Below are positions 1 to 11,113 of a stretch of 64,000 nt of DNA, in pieces. A model generated the notes under the pieces. The model was not told where the DNA came from. It did not search any database and saw only the letters and a list, made by a program, of their open reading frames with translations. How positions within the stretch are numbered: position 1 is the first letter of the stretch; each line of letters opens with the position of its first letter. Source of the DNA: Monocercomonoides exilis PA203 (Eukaryota > Protista > Preaxostyla); assembly GCA_001643675.2 (NCBI GenBank), contig LSRY02000028.1:558001-622000 (forward strand). The letters are read 5' to 3'. A program made the translations under genes and the position numbers.

Positions 1-1284
1 GAAGAAGCACACAGGGGACGAAAATGCACATGCTCCGAAACCTGTGACTGCTCATGCCATGCTTCGTCTTCTTCCTCGTCTTCTTCTGCATCATCTTCAT
101 CACCATGCTGCTCAGAAGGCTGCTCGTGCACTCGTCCAGTGATTGTCAACGAGACGCTTGCTTATTTCCTTGGCCGGACGCAACTGTTTTTGGAGTCCGT
201 TGGGCTGAAGCCAGAGAAGATTCGCTTCAGACAACATCTGCTCAAACAGATGGCACATTATGCACGCGACTGCTGGGATGCAGAAGCGTTGACAGAGGAA
301 ATAGAAGAAGAAGAGAACGAGCAACCAGCCGGGAAGAAGAAGGACTCCAAAAAGGAAGGGAAAAAAGATAAGAACGAGAAGGCAGAAAGCACGCCGACTG
401 CTGCAAGAACCGAAGAGTGGACTGAAATTGTGGGAATTGCGGATCGTTCCTGCTACGATCTCAGAGTGCACAGCGCTGCGTCAGGAAAGCCTTTGATTGC
501 GCAGAGAAAGCTGAAGGCACCAAAGACTGTGATAAATGCTGTGCCAAACAAACAGGTGATTGGGAAGGAGCTGAAGCAGAAAGGAAAAGCAGTGATGGAA
601 TATATTGAGAAAATGAGCGAAGAAGAAGTGTTGGCCATGAGAAAGGCTCTTCACATGGAAGACACAGAAAAAGCTGCAACAGAAAAAGCAGAAGAAGCGC
701 CATTTGTCGTCATCAAGCCGTTTCCGGATGCTCCAAACGAGGAAGTGAAAATCACACAGCAATTGGTGTCATTCAAGACGTCCATCGTTCATGTGGAGAA
801 CTTCCTTCCGTATGTGATTGAGCCATCATTTGGTATCTCTCGTATCATTTCAGCAATCATCAGCCAGAACTTCTCGACTCGCCCAACCGACAGTCAACGT
901 GCAGTCATTTCCTTCCCTCCAAAAGTTGCACCTTATGCAGCAGTTGTGTATGCTCTGCAGTCTGATGAAAAACTGAGAGCTAAAGCAGCAGCAGTGGAGG
1001 ACTCGCTGGAGGTGCCGTTGTTCACTGACCCGTCGACTGTATCGATCGGAAAGCGGTATGCGCGTGCAGACGAGGTCGGTGTAGCGTTTGCAGTGACTGT
1101 GGACTACACGACACTGGAGGACAACACAGTCACAATTCGTGAGAGAGACTCGATGCAGCAATGCAGAGTTCCGAGTGCTGAGCTGCCCCATCTCATTTCC
1201 TCGCTGATCAATGGAACTGAAACATGGGCCCAACTTACATCAAAATATCCACTTGTCGAAGTGAAGGAGGAAGATGATGATTAA
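1..1284 (+). CDS. GARS: Glycyl-tRNA synthetase, eukaryotic homodimeric type, 5'-truncated by the window edge
   Basis: Frame is open from base 1. Motifs RFRQH..MAHYARDCWDAE, WTEIVGIADRSCYDL, VIEPSFGISRI and anticodon-binding domain SIGKRYARADEVGVAFAVTVD..VTIRERDSM; TAA stop. Confidence 0.96.
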   Translation, partial: EEAHRGRKCTCSETCDCSCHASSSSSSSSASSSSPCCSEGCSCTRPVIVNETLAYFLGRTQLFLESVGLKPEKIRFRQHLLKQMAHYARDCWDAEALTEEIEEEENEQPAGKKKDSKKEGKKDKNEKAESTPTAARTEEWTEIVGIADRSCYDLRVHSAASGKPLIAQRKLKAPKTVINAVPNKQVIGKELKQKGKAVMEYIEKMSEEEVLAMRKALHMEDTEKAATEKAEEAPFVVIKPFPDAPNEEVKITQQLVSFKTSIVHVENFLPYVIEPSFGISRIISAIISQNFSTRPTDSQRAVISFPPKVAPYAAVVYALQSDEKLRAKAAAVEDSLEVPLFTDPSTVSIGKRYARADEVGVAFAVTVDYTTLEDNTVTIRERDSMQQCRVPSAELPHLISSLINGTETWAQLTSKYPLVEVKEEDDD

Positions 1285-1582
1285 CTAATCATCAGTGCCT
1301 TCTACATTTAGTTTATTTTTGTAACTTGTTCTATTTTTTGAACATTTCTTTCTTTCTTCTCTTTATCTAATTACATAAAAGTCAAATTTCTTGCATTATT
1401 TTTTACTCTTGATTTATCATTTTTTATTGTTGATGAATATGGGTGATACTAAAGAGATCTTGATTTTTTTTTTTGACTGATTTGATGAATAAAGTGAAAT
1501 GATAAAAAAGAGTGTTTGAAATACAGAGTTGAAAACAGAAGCCTGGATAGAACAAGAAGCAACGAATATTAAACAATAACGC

Positions 1583-2511
1583 CTAATAAATTTCTCTGGA
1601 ATATACAGCATGCTGCCTCTTTTGCTTTTCTTCATTCTCTTTTGGAATTCTGAACATAGACAGAAATTTAAGTTAGAAAATTTCAATATTTAAAAAAAGG
1701 ACAAAAATAATCAAACATATATCGTTTGGGCTCTCCTAAAGCACGACCAGTTTGCGAATTAATGTCTTTAAACTTTCCGTCCAATTCTTGTCTTCCGTCA
1801 TAAATATTTTTCTGTCTTGGATTTTCTATATTTATTTCGGATTTTGATGGAGAATGATTCATGCGCTTTGAATAATCATTCATCATTGAATCCGCTTCGT
1901 TTCGTGCAAAATTATGTCCATTTGCAACTTTTGATATATCAATATTTGTAGCGCGGGGTGATTTCTGGTTATATAGCTGTTCAACATCGAACTTGCTCCG
2001 ATCGGTTACAGGTTCCTTGTTCTTCATTCTGCTTTCAAGTTTCTTATAAATATCATCAATTGAAACATATTTCCCTGAAAGAGCATTGCTCATTGAAGGA
2101 TTATCAACGCAGTCGTATGAGCAATTAACAAGAACCTATTTAAAAAAATCAATATAAGCAAATATTTCAACAAAATTCGCAAACAGAAATGCATTGCTTT
2201 GTATGAGTTTCTCCACAGTCTTTAATGCATCGAGAATATGATTCGTCAGAAATGTCAGTTGTCGAACAATTCTGTTGGCACACTGAAGGTAAAATACCTT
2301 GACATCCTTTAAATTCCTGTTTGCATTTTTTCATGCAAATATCTTCTAATGGATCAGGCAATTCCTTTTGCGCTCCAAACATTTTTTTATTCATATTCCT
2401 TTTCGCATGATCATAAGAAGATGATTTCACAAGGAAATTATCATATTGACACTGAGAAGAAATTATCCACAGCAGAAAAGCGTGGTATATACATGAAGGG
2501 AACATTTTCAT
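1583..2511 (-). CDS. Hypothetical secreted Cys-rich protein, 3 exons (last exon uncertain)
   Basis: ORFs 2167-2511 and 1683-2093 join in frame through intron 2184-2136 (GTTTGCG...AAATAG), giving ..KQCIS|VLVNCSYDCVDNPSMSN... Hydrophobic N-terminus and CxxxC repeats. Confidence 0.6.
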
Positions 2512-2784
2512 AGCAAACTCAAACTTTTAAAAGAATCACGTCATGTTGTTAAATCAAATAAAAAGATTACTTTATTATGGGGAAAATTCTTGATGAATAT
2601 TTAAACAAATAATTAAGTCAACCTACATCGCCAACATATTTTTAACTAAAAACATATAATCAGACGAACGCGGGAAACTTAACGAATAAAATGGAGAATT
2701 ACTCTGGCTTTGAGTCAAAGCTCATTGCCCAAAAAAAATATCTCCATAAACATATAATATGCCACTTTACAAGGCAACGTATCC

Positions 2785-4228
2785 TCAACCACGATTTCCA
2801 GAACCAGCTGGATGATCATCTTTCCATTCATCCCATTCAATTTTTCCTTTCCTTTCTAGTTCATTGTACTCATCTGAGTCCTCTCTGGGCTTTGGTCTTG
2901 CTCTGATAAAAGTTTTAAAATGAATTCACAACAAATTTGTGAATAAGCAAAAGATAATTCAACCATTAAAAATCAAAGAAATAAATTAAAAAATAAGCAA
3001 ACTTTTCTTCTTCTTCCATTTTCTTTTCGCGCGCAAGTCTTTCCATTTGGCGTTTGGCTTCCCTTTCCATTTCCTCTTCCAGTGAAATGGTCCACGTGGG
3101 CGTTGGATTGAACACAGCATCGCGCATTTGCTGACGTGATTTTGCGGCTGCCATCGGATCAAAAGTCGCCACAACAGAAGAAGGCGAGGCGCTCGAAATG
3201 GTCGATGCATAAGAAGCTTGTGAGTAGACGTCTGACACAGCAAGAGAGCTGCCAAATGGCGCGCCAACTGGAGACGTCGTTGGCTGAGACGTGATCGAAA
3301 ACTGTGTGCGCCCAACAGGCGTTGACTTGTAAGCAGAGGATGGCACAAATGAAGGTGTAGCTGAAGATGAGCTGCGAAGTGATTCAGGAATAGTTGTTCC
3401 TGGGGTCAAAGGAGCTATTGTCCCATCAGGTCTCATGACAATCGCTCCTTTCAGACGGTTTTCATCCCCGTTTGATTTTTGCTCCCTTTCTCTATCCTTT
3501 ATACTCTCTTCAACTGGATCTTTTCCTTCGCATTTCATTTTGGAAGCGTATTCAACCAAAGGAAGTTCTCTTTCAATTGAAGACAGCTCAGAAAAAGTCA
3601 TTGATGCAAACTGTTTTAATTGAGAAATGTTAAGATTTAGAAGATCTCTTTCATCAGAAAAGCTAAGATCCAGTTCATCATCTTCCTTTGCCATGTTTCG
3701 TTTCAAAAGCTCGTTAATTTCTGCTGTAATTTTCTTCTCAAAACGAATTCTTTCAATGAGACTTGTTCTGTCCCGTGAGATACCGTTGAAATCTTTTTGC
3801 TTAACTTTTTCATAAGCTTTTCCCAATGGAGAGTCTTTTTCAAACAGTGAATAAGAATCAAGAATAGACAAAAAAGTGATGAAATCTTGTTGAGATTGTA
3901 ATAAAAGTGCTCTGCGCGTTTCAGGATCGTAAGGTAGCTGCTGACGAAGATATCCTTTTAAAAATAAAACAGAAAGAAGTCGAACATCCATTGCCCCCAA
4001 CTCAGATAACTCCAAAAATTCCTTTCTATTCAAATACAATCCCACATTTCTGCACATTGTATCGCATTGTTCAAGAATTTCTAAAGCTGACTTGATTTCT
4101 AAAGGAGTTGCAGAACGCGAAGAAACTTTTTGGTAAATGCGAAATGCTCTTGCAAACAATCGTGAAAGAGAAGGTGCATCTTCATTTTTTTTACTATCCT
4201 CTTGAACGATAGGGGATTCCTGACTCAT
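2785..4228 (-). CDS. TAP42: TAP42/alpha4 (IGBP1)-family PP2A regulatory protein, 2 exons
   Basis: Helical N-terminal region (RRALLLQSQQDFITFL, RTSLIERIR). The last exon (~2902-2785) reads WDEWKDDHPAGSGNRG*, the characteristic TAP42 C-terminus. Confidence 0.9.
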
Positions 4229-4392
4229 GACGTATTAATCAGTCCAATTGAGTTAAAAAAATAAGTATTTGCTAATTAATAATTTATGGTTTCAACTCCA
4301 GTTCAGCAAAAGAAAATAAAGCATCATATGCATTCATTAAAATCATGATATTTACGTTTTCATAATTAATAATTATACCATAATGATTTTCA

Positions 4393-4744
4393 ATGGCTTC
4401 CATTTATTTATGCCCAATAATTTTGTTGGTCGTTAACGCAGTTCTAGGAGTCCTTATTATACTGGCATCCATCTTTGGAGATGTCATGGCAGGAGGGCCG
4501 ATTACTTATCTTCAGAATTTGTCATCACAAGGTAATTTCCAGGCAGGAGTTATTTTTCTGATTGGTGCCATATTGATTTACGTGTTCATGTTTGTCTTTT
4601 TTTATCTAATTATAAAAATGTCAATAATTGATTATAAATCGAAAATTTTTATTTAGACGAGTCGTGAATCCATCATTCGAACCGAAAATCAAAAAGAGAC
4701 AAAAAAAAGTTATTCGCCAAGCTATTCCACGCAAAAGATTGTGA
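4393..4744 (+). CDS. Small protein with two predicted transmembrane helices, function unknown, 1 intron
   Basis: Two hydrophobic segments; intron ~4582-4656 ending TTTAG; basic last exon ending TGA at 4742-4744. Confidence 0.5.
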
Positions 4745-5014
4745 TTATGTGAAGCACATTCCATCTCCTTTGTTTTATTAATTTTATTTTTCAATGATTC
4801 GACTTTTCATATCACTCAATATTTTTGGTTTTATATTCTCCAATCTTGTAGTTTTTGAAAGTTTTATAGTTTTCTTATTTTGTTAATTTTTTTTTCAAAT
4901 ATTCTAAAATAAACGTCAAAGAAACAACAGTTTATGTATTGTGAGAATAAGAAATTTCATGATCCTAACCTTTATTTCACGATTAATAAATAAAACATAA
5001 GTGAATTTTGACTA

Positions 5015-7650
5015 ATGGCCGACAGTCAAATGTATAACTTATGTTTTGGATGCAAGAAAAAAGTGGCTAAAATTTATTGCTCCACGTGCCATGCTTCTTT
5101 GTGCGAGCATTGTTTTTTATCCCTTCACATTTTAAATCCATCTCATATTGCTGCTATTCTGACAAGATGGACTCCACCAACGGAAAGATGTGAAGACAGA
5201 AATGAATCTCATTTTTTTATTCAATGCTCTGATTGCCAAATGGTTTGTTAGCTTTTGATTTTCAAAATTGATAAAAATTTTAATCAAGCCTGTTTGCATG
5301 TGTTGCCCATCTGTTTTTGAGCATTTTGGGCACAAATGTGCTGTACTATATTTAGAAAGTGTTTCAAGTGGATTTCTTCCAATTTCTTATCCATCACCAA
5401 GAGACACTATCCAATCACTCCCTATCAATAAACAATTACAAACAAAGAAGAATTCGCGAGTTGCGCGATATTTTCGTGATTCAACCGTCAATGCAATTGA
5501 TGACCTTCTTATGATTAAACGAAACGTATGTTATTATTTTGCACCTTATTTACTATGATTGTTTATGAATTTCTTAACTTTTTTTGATTCAGTTACCATC
5601 AGTTTTTTCCAAACGTTCACACGCAATACGCTCTCTTTTTCGAGACGTACATGCGATTATTAGTGAAATAGAAGAAGATATCATCGAACAAGAGGAACAA
5701 CTTCAAGATGACATTTTTTCGAAAACGAAGCAATTAATTGGAATATTATCTTCAGATCTTAATCAAGGTTTTTTCAGGCAATATCTTCCTTACTCGTTTG
5801 CATACGATGAATTGCTTACTCTACAATCCGAAGATGCAAACTCTAATTTGCCGATTGCAATGATTGGCAAAAATTTCACTCAAAGTGATCTTTCAGAAGT
5901 CTTTTCCAAATACCCTTCAATGAACAACCTTTCAAAGAATCTTTCCCAAGCCCATTCGCTTATCCAGCATCCAATCGAGCAGCTCATCAATGTTCACAGT
6001 GTCTCGTCTGTGCTGACAGCTTCTATTCTTCTCACATTTGACAAGTGGGAAAGGGGGATACAAAACCACCCTCTGTTTGACGAAGCCAAGGGAGACCCAC
6101 GCAATCCTCTGAAGTCTCTTGGCTTTGACCCCCACTTCCATCAGCGAAGATTGAAGCGAAGGGCAAAGAGGAAGGCTGGAGTGGATGACAGCGTCTCCAG
6201 CGACAAAGAGAAAGAGAAAGAGAAAGAGCCACGGAACAGTCGGCTGCCAGATGCGAATGAGAAGTCTGCGAAGAACAGCAGAAATAACTCAACGACCGAC
6301 GGCAAACGGCCGAGCCGCATAAAAGAGCAGACAGAGCAGCTGAGGGCAGAGCAGGACGGAGAGAGCTGCTCAGACTCGTCAGCCTCTTCCTCCTTCTCCT
6401 CCTCTTCTGAAGAGGAAGAAGGCTACGAGAATGCAACGCTGACTGCTCTCGAAGCATATTTCACTCAGCTCTCCACTTTCACTCCGCCTGCGCTCATCCA
6501 GCACAATAAACACAACTCTGCTTCTTCTTCTTCCTCATCTTCTTCTGCTTCTGCAGCGTCCTTTGAAGACGATTCCGAAAGCAGCTTCTCCGAATTGGAT
6601 CTGGCAGAGCTGTGGAACAAAGTGAGTTCTGGTTGCTTCGCAGGAAGCTTGGCGCTTCAGGAGGAAGCAGCCAAAGCAAACTATTTAAAACAGACGCAGC
6701 AAAATGCAACTTTGGTGAATAAGACATCGGAAAAGGAAGAAAAACTGCAAGTCCCAACAAGCAGGTCGGAGTCAGCAAAAGATCAATCTGCACATTCTTC
6801 GCTGAAAGAAGCAGCTGCAGCTACAACTGCAACTGCAAAATTATCACCTTCAATCACAATTTCATCAGCAGCCAATACTCCTCTCAACGACAACAGCACC
6901 AGGGCCACACAAGGAAACAGCGATAAACTTGGTTTTCTGAAGCTTTCACCCGAACAAGATGTGGCTTCGCTTCTCGCGGCAGAAGGCGAAGCCGGCGAGG
7001 CAGCGCTGACGAGCCTGGAGGAGATCAACAAGCAGAGCGCGGGGGCGCTTGCCGATCTGAACAACTCGCTCTTTCATTTTCAGACGATCGATCCGACGCT
7101 GGCTGCTTCGCTGATCACCCTCGCGTCGAATCTGCAGACCTCGGCAGCGGGCCAAGCGATTGGCGAGATCAAAACAGAGAATGGTCTCTTGGACATCAAC
7201 AGCGTACTGCCAGACGCGGTGAATCTTCAGTCAGCCTCTTTGATTCAAAGCAGCATTGGAAATGGCGCTGTGAGCAATAACAACACCAGCAATGCTAACA
7301 ACGCATCAGTCTCACCTTCTCAACTTCTCTTCGAACCAAGCAAAACTGGCCTGATTCAAAAGGAGCTGCTTTCAGCATCATCTTCATTTGTGGCATCTCA
7401 AACAGCATCCACACAACCACCCAATTCACAGACAAATGATCGTCTTTCTTCTCAAACTGTCTTTTCCTCTCAACAACAACAGCAACAACAACAACAACAG
7501 AGCGGATCAACAGCAACTTCTCCGTCTGCACAGTCTTTTTCGAGTCAGCCCATTCTGTCTGCTGCCATCTCCACACAGACAAAGTACATCCCTCAACAAC
7601 AACAGCAACAGCAACAAACAGGACAGTCTGCAACATCATCGTTTTCTTCT

Positions 7651-7683
<33 letters not shown>

Positions 7684-8823
7684 GCAGCACTTCTACCAAC
7701 TTCACAGGCCATCCCAGCAACTTCTTCTTCCTCTCCATCGACAATGGCCATGCCTCTGACACATTACTCTTCACTCGGCTCTTCTTCCTCGCCTTCTCTG
7801 AAGACAAAGCTCAACTCCTCCTTTATGACATATGTGCCGTCTTCTTCGGCGTCCTCTTCCTCTTCTTCTTCATCATCTTCATCATCATCATCTTCTTCTT
7901 CTTCTTCAACTTCTCAATCCTCATCATCTTCATCATCCTCAACAGTATACACTCCATTCAGTTACTCTTCTTATTCCTCTCCTTCCTCCTCTCCTTCTTC
8001 TCCTTCTTCATCTTCTCTTGCCACAACATACACTCCTTCTGCCCAATCTCCCTCTCTTTCTTCTTCTTCCAATTCTTCCAATTCTTCCTCTTCCTCTTCA
8101 AATACAAACTCCAATTCTCCATCGCCTTCCACATCTTCATCAGCCACACCGAAGACACGAGACAGCAACTCATCGGCATCTGACTCGAATGAAAGCGGAG
8201 AGTCTAATTCTCGCACATACAGGCCAAGCACCACCCACTACAGGACACAGGGCAACCAGCAGGCATCGAACGATGGAGACAGCCGGAAGAGCTTCATCTC
8301 CACGTGGAAGGAGAAAGACGAGAAAGACACGCAAGAGAAAGAGAAGGATTCGAAGGAAAAAGAAGAGAAAGACGCAGAAGTTGAGCGCCGTGCCAAGCGG
8401 GCAGCGTCTGAGAACTCGTCAGTCTTCTTTGCCACGTCGCTGATCGCGTCGAAGTACTCGCGGGAGAATCCCCCGCCCAGCGGAATGAAGTTCGAAGGGT
8501 ATATTTTGGGCGGCCTCTCGCTGGAGCACCGAAGAGGGTGGATCGCCAGCCGGGCGTTCCCAAACAACGTCTTCTTCGACCTGAGCGTGGTGAAGCCCTC
8601 GCAGCAGTGCTTTGTGTATGTCGGCGCACACGCCATTTTCACTGTTGGGCTGAATGTTCCTGGGCCGTCGGAATTCAGAGTGGCAACTGTTGATTTATCA
8701 GCTCCGACAGAAGATACAAACATCACTGAGCAGACAAAGGGAATTTGCGTGTTTTACACTAGAAATGGTTGGTGCAAAAGAGGGGATCAATGCACTTATG
8801 CTCATCTGAGGAAAAAAGATTAA
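5015..8823 (+). CDS. B-box zinc finger / coiled-coil protein with long Ser/Gln low-complexity region and C-terminal CCCH zinc finger
   Basis: CFGC..YCSTCHASLCEHCFLSLH..H (B-box), then a second Cys/His cluster split by a short intron. The 1079-aa exon ends in CVFYTRNGWCKRGDQCTYAH (C-x8-C-x5-C-x3-H). Confidence 0.8.
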
Positions 8824-9084
8824 TTGGCGAAAATTATAAGTTAAAGATCACAACTTTTTATAATTTTTACATTTTTCTTAATAATAAAAAGGAAAATTCG
8901 AAATTTTACTATTCTTTTTTATGAAATATATAAATTTTATACAACGCTTGATGAATTAAAAATGTTCTTTTGTTATTTCTAAAATACTAATGTTTATCCG
9001 AGTCAGAGTATTTCTCCGAAGCAAAGCATTATGGTTCATTTCATTTTTTTCTTCTCATTATTTGCCTAGGTTTAGCATCTATCG

Positions 9085-10575
9085 ATGGCTACTCCATCAG
9101 ATTCTGGAACTTATGAATATGATTTAATTGTGATTGGAGGAGGCAGTGGAGGTGTTGCTTGCGCCAAGGCTGCTGGAGACGCAGGAGCAAAAGTTCTTTG
9201 TTTTGATTATGTGACTCCCTCTCCACGTGGCACATCTTGGGGATTGGGAGGAACATGTGTAAATGTTGGCTGCATTCCCAAGAAGCTGATGCACAGAGCT
9301 GCAGCAATCGGTGGAGATATTGCAGATGCACCTTCTTTTGGATGGGAAGGTGTTGACCGTAAAGCAGCAAAAATTAACTGGTCAGAGCTTGTGCAACGTG
9401 TACAAAATCATGTTCGCAAATTGAGTTTTGGATATAGAGGAGAACTGAGGTCCAAAGGTGTAACATATATTCCAGCCATTGCATCATTCAAAGATCCTCA
9501 CACTATTGCTTACAAACAAAGAGGTGAAGATAAAACAGTTACGGGGAAATACATTGTCATTGCATGCGGTGGACGTCCAACATATCCTGATGTTCCTGGA
9601 GCAAAAGAATACTGTATTACGTCTGATGATCTGTTTTCATTATCCACAGAACCAGGGAAAGTTTTATGTGTTGGAGCTTCATACGTTTCATTGGAATGCG
9701 CAGGATTTCTTACTGAACTCGGATTCGATACAACTGTGATGGTACGATCGATTTTGTTGAGAGGATTCGATCAGGAGATAGCAGAGAAAGTTGGAGCATA
9801 TATGGAAGAGCACGGAACAAAATTCCAGAAAGAGCAGACACCAGTTGCATTTGCTAAAAAAGAAGATGGAAAAATTATTGTAAAATCAACAGGAAAACTT
9901 GGAGACAAAGAGGAAGAATTTGACACAGTGCTTCTTGCAACTGGAAGAACGCCTGTTACTGAAGCACTGAATCTTGAAGCTGCTGGAGTGAAAATGGACG
10001 CACGAACAAAGAAAATACCAGTTGATAAAACTGCAGCAACAAATGTTCCGTTCATTTATTGCATTGGTGACGCTCAGCTGGGAGCACCAGAACTGACACC
10101 AACTGCTATTCTGAGTGGAAAGATACTTGCGAAGCGTTTGTTCGGAGGAAGCCTGGAGGAGATGGTATACACAGATGTGCCAACAGCTGTGTTTACACCA
10201 CTCGAATATGGATCAATTGGCTTACCCGAAGAGAAAGCGAAGGATGTTGTGGGCGAAAGTAACGTGGTTGTCTATCACGGCTCGTTCACTCCGCTTGAGT
10301 GGGCAATCAGCGACGAGCGGAGCCATGAGGGAGAAGGATATGTGAAGGTTGTATGCGACAAGACCCGCGAAGAGACTGTCATGGGACTGCACTATTTGGG
10401 TCCAAATGCAGCTGAGGTGATCAACGGCTGGGCTCCATCGCTTCGACTTGGCGTGAGGAAGAGAGATTTGGAGCGTGTGGTGGGGATTCATCCGTGTTGT
10501 GCTGAAGAAATAAACAATGTCTCTGTGATAAAGGGATCTGGTGTCTCAGAGGCAAAAGGTGGCTGCTGAGGATAA
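9085..10575 (+). CDS. TXNRD: High-Mr (animal-type) thioredoxin reductase, selenoprotein with C-terminal Gly-Cys-Sec-Gly
   Basis: FAD motif GGGSGG, redox centre GGTCVNVGCIPKK, GASYVSLECAG, HP..AEE. End reads GGC TGC TGA GGA TAA (TGA 10567-10569, TAA 10573-10575). Confidence 0.95.
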
Positions 10576-10576
10576 A

Positions 10577-10765
10577 GGCGCGAGGTTAACACTTCTGAAG
10601 AGGAGAGAGGAGAAGAGTAAGAGAGAGTGTGTGTAGAGTTAGATGGACAAAGAAAAACAGAGAAATTTTTGAATTCAGCGGGAAAAAACATTTTCGTTGA
10701 TTTGCAGATTTGTTTGTTTTTCTTTGTTCTGGTGGTTGGAGAGATTGGCAGAAGTACCTCGCGCC
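10577..10765 (+). promoter_or_regulatory. Long irregular 3' UTR hairpin immediately after the TrxR stop
   Basis: GGCGCGAGGT(10577-86) plus ACTTCTG(10591-97) pair with CAGAAGT-ACCTCGCGCC(10749-65). Inner stems ACAAAGAAAAACAGA/TTTGTTTTTCTTTGT and TCAGCGGGA/TTTCGTTGA. Confidence 0.65.
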
Positions 10766-10919
10766 CGATGACCCGTTTACAAATTAATGCTGCTGTGATC
10801 TTTTTTTTCTTATCTTAAATGAATTCTTTTTAAATTTTTATTGTGTTTTTCTTGTTCTGATATTGTTGATTATCATTCAATTGTTCTATCTTTTGGCCTG
10901 TTGTCTTTCTGATTGAATA

Positions 10920-11113
10920 TTTGCGCATTACATTTCAGCATTTCTGACGAGGATGGCCTAAACACAATTTTTGGTGCGGCCAATGCAGCGTGAAGACTCA
11001 ACAAAAGCCACATGCTGTTCCTCTGATTCTCTTCCTCTGCGTGCCACTGCCCTGCTCCTCAGCCACGTGCAAGTCAACTCACAGCAGCAGTGGCGACAGG
11101 CGTGTTGCGCAGA
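10920..11113 (+). promoter_or_regulatory. Candidate SECIS element, type II-like, non-canonical
   Basis: CTGAC(10944-48), GAGGATGGCC, T, AAA, mini-stem CAC/GTG, GGCCA, [inserted hairpin], TCCTC, TGAT(11024-27). UGA-to-AA spacing is 12 nt. Confidence 0.7.

Noticed and set aside
10768-10800. Canonical-looking ATGA...AAA...TGAT as the TrxR SECIS
   Set aside because: The would-be helix II strands (CCGTTTAC vs TGCTGCTG) barely pair and the spacing is too short; the 10944-11027 element fits much better.
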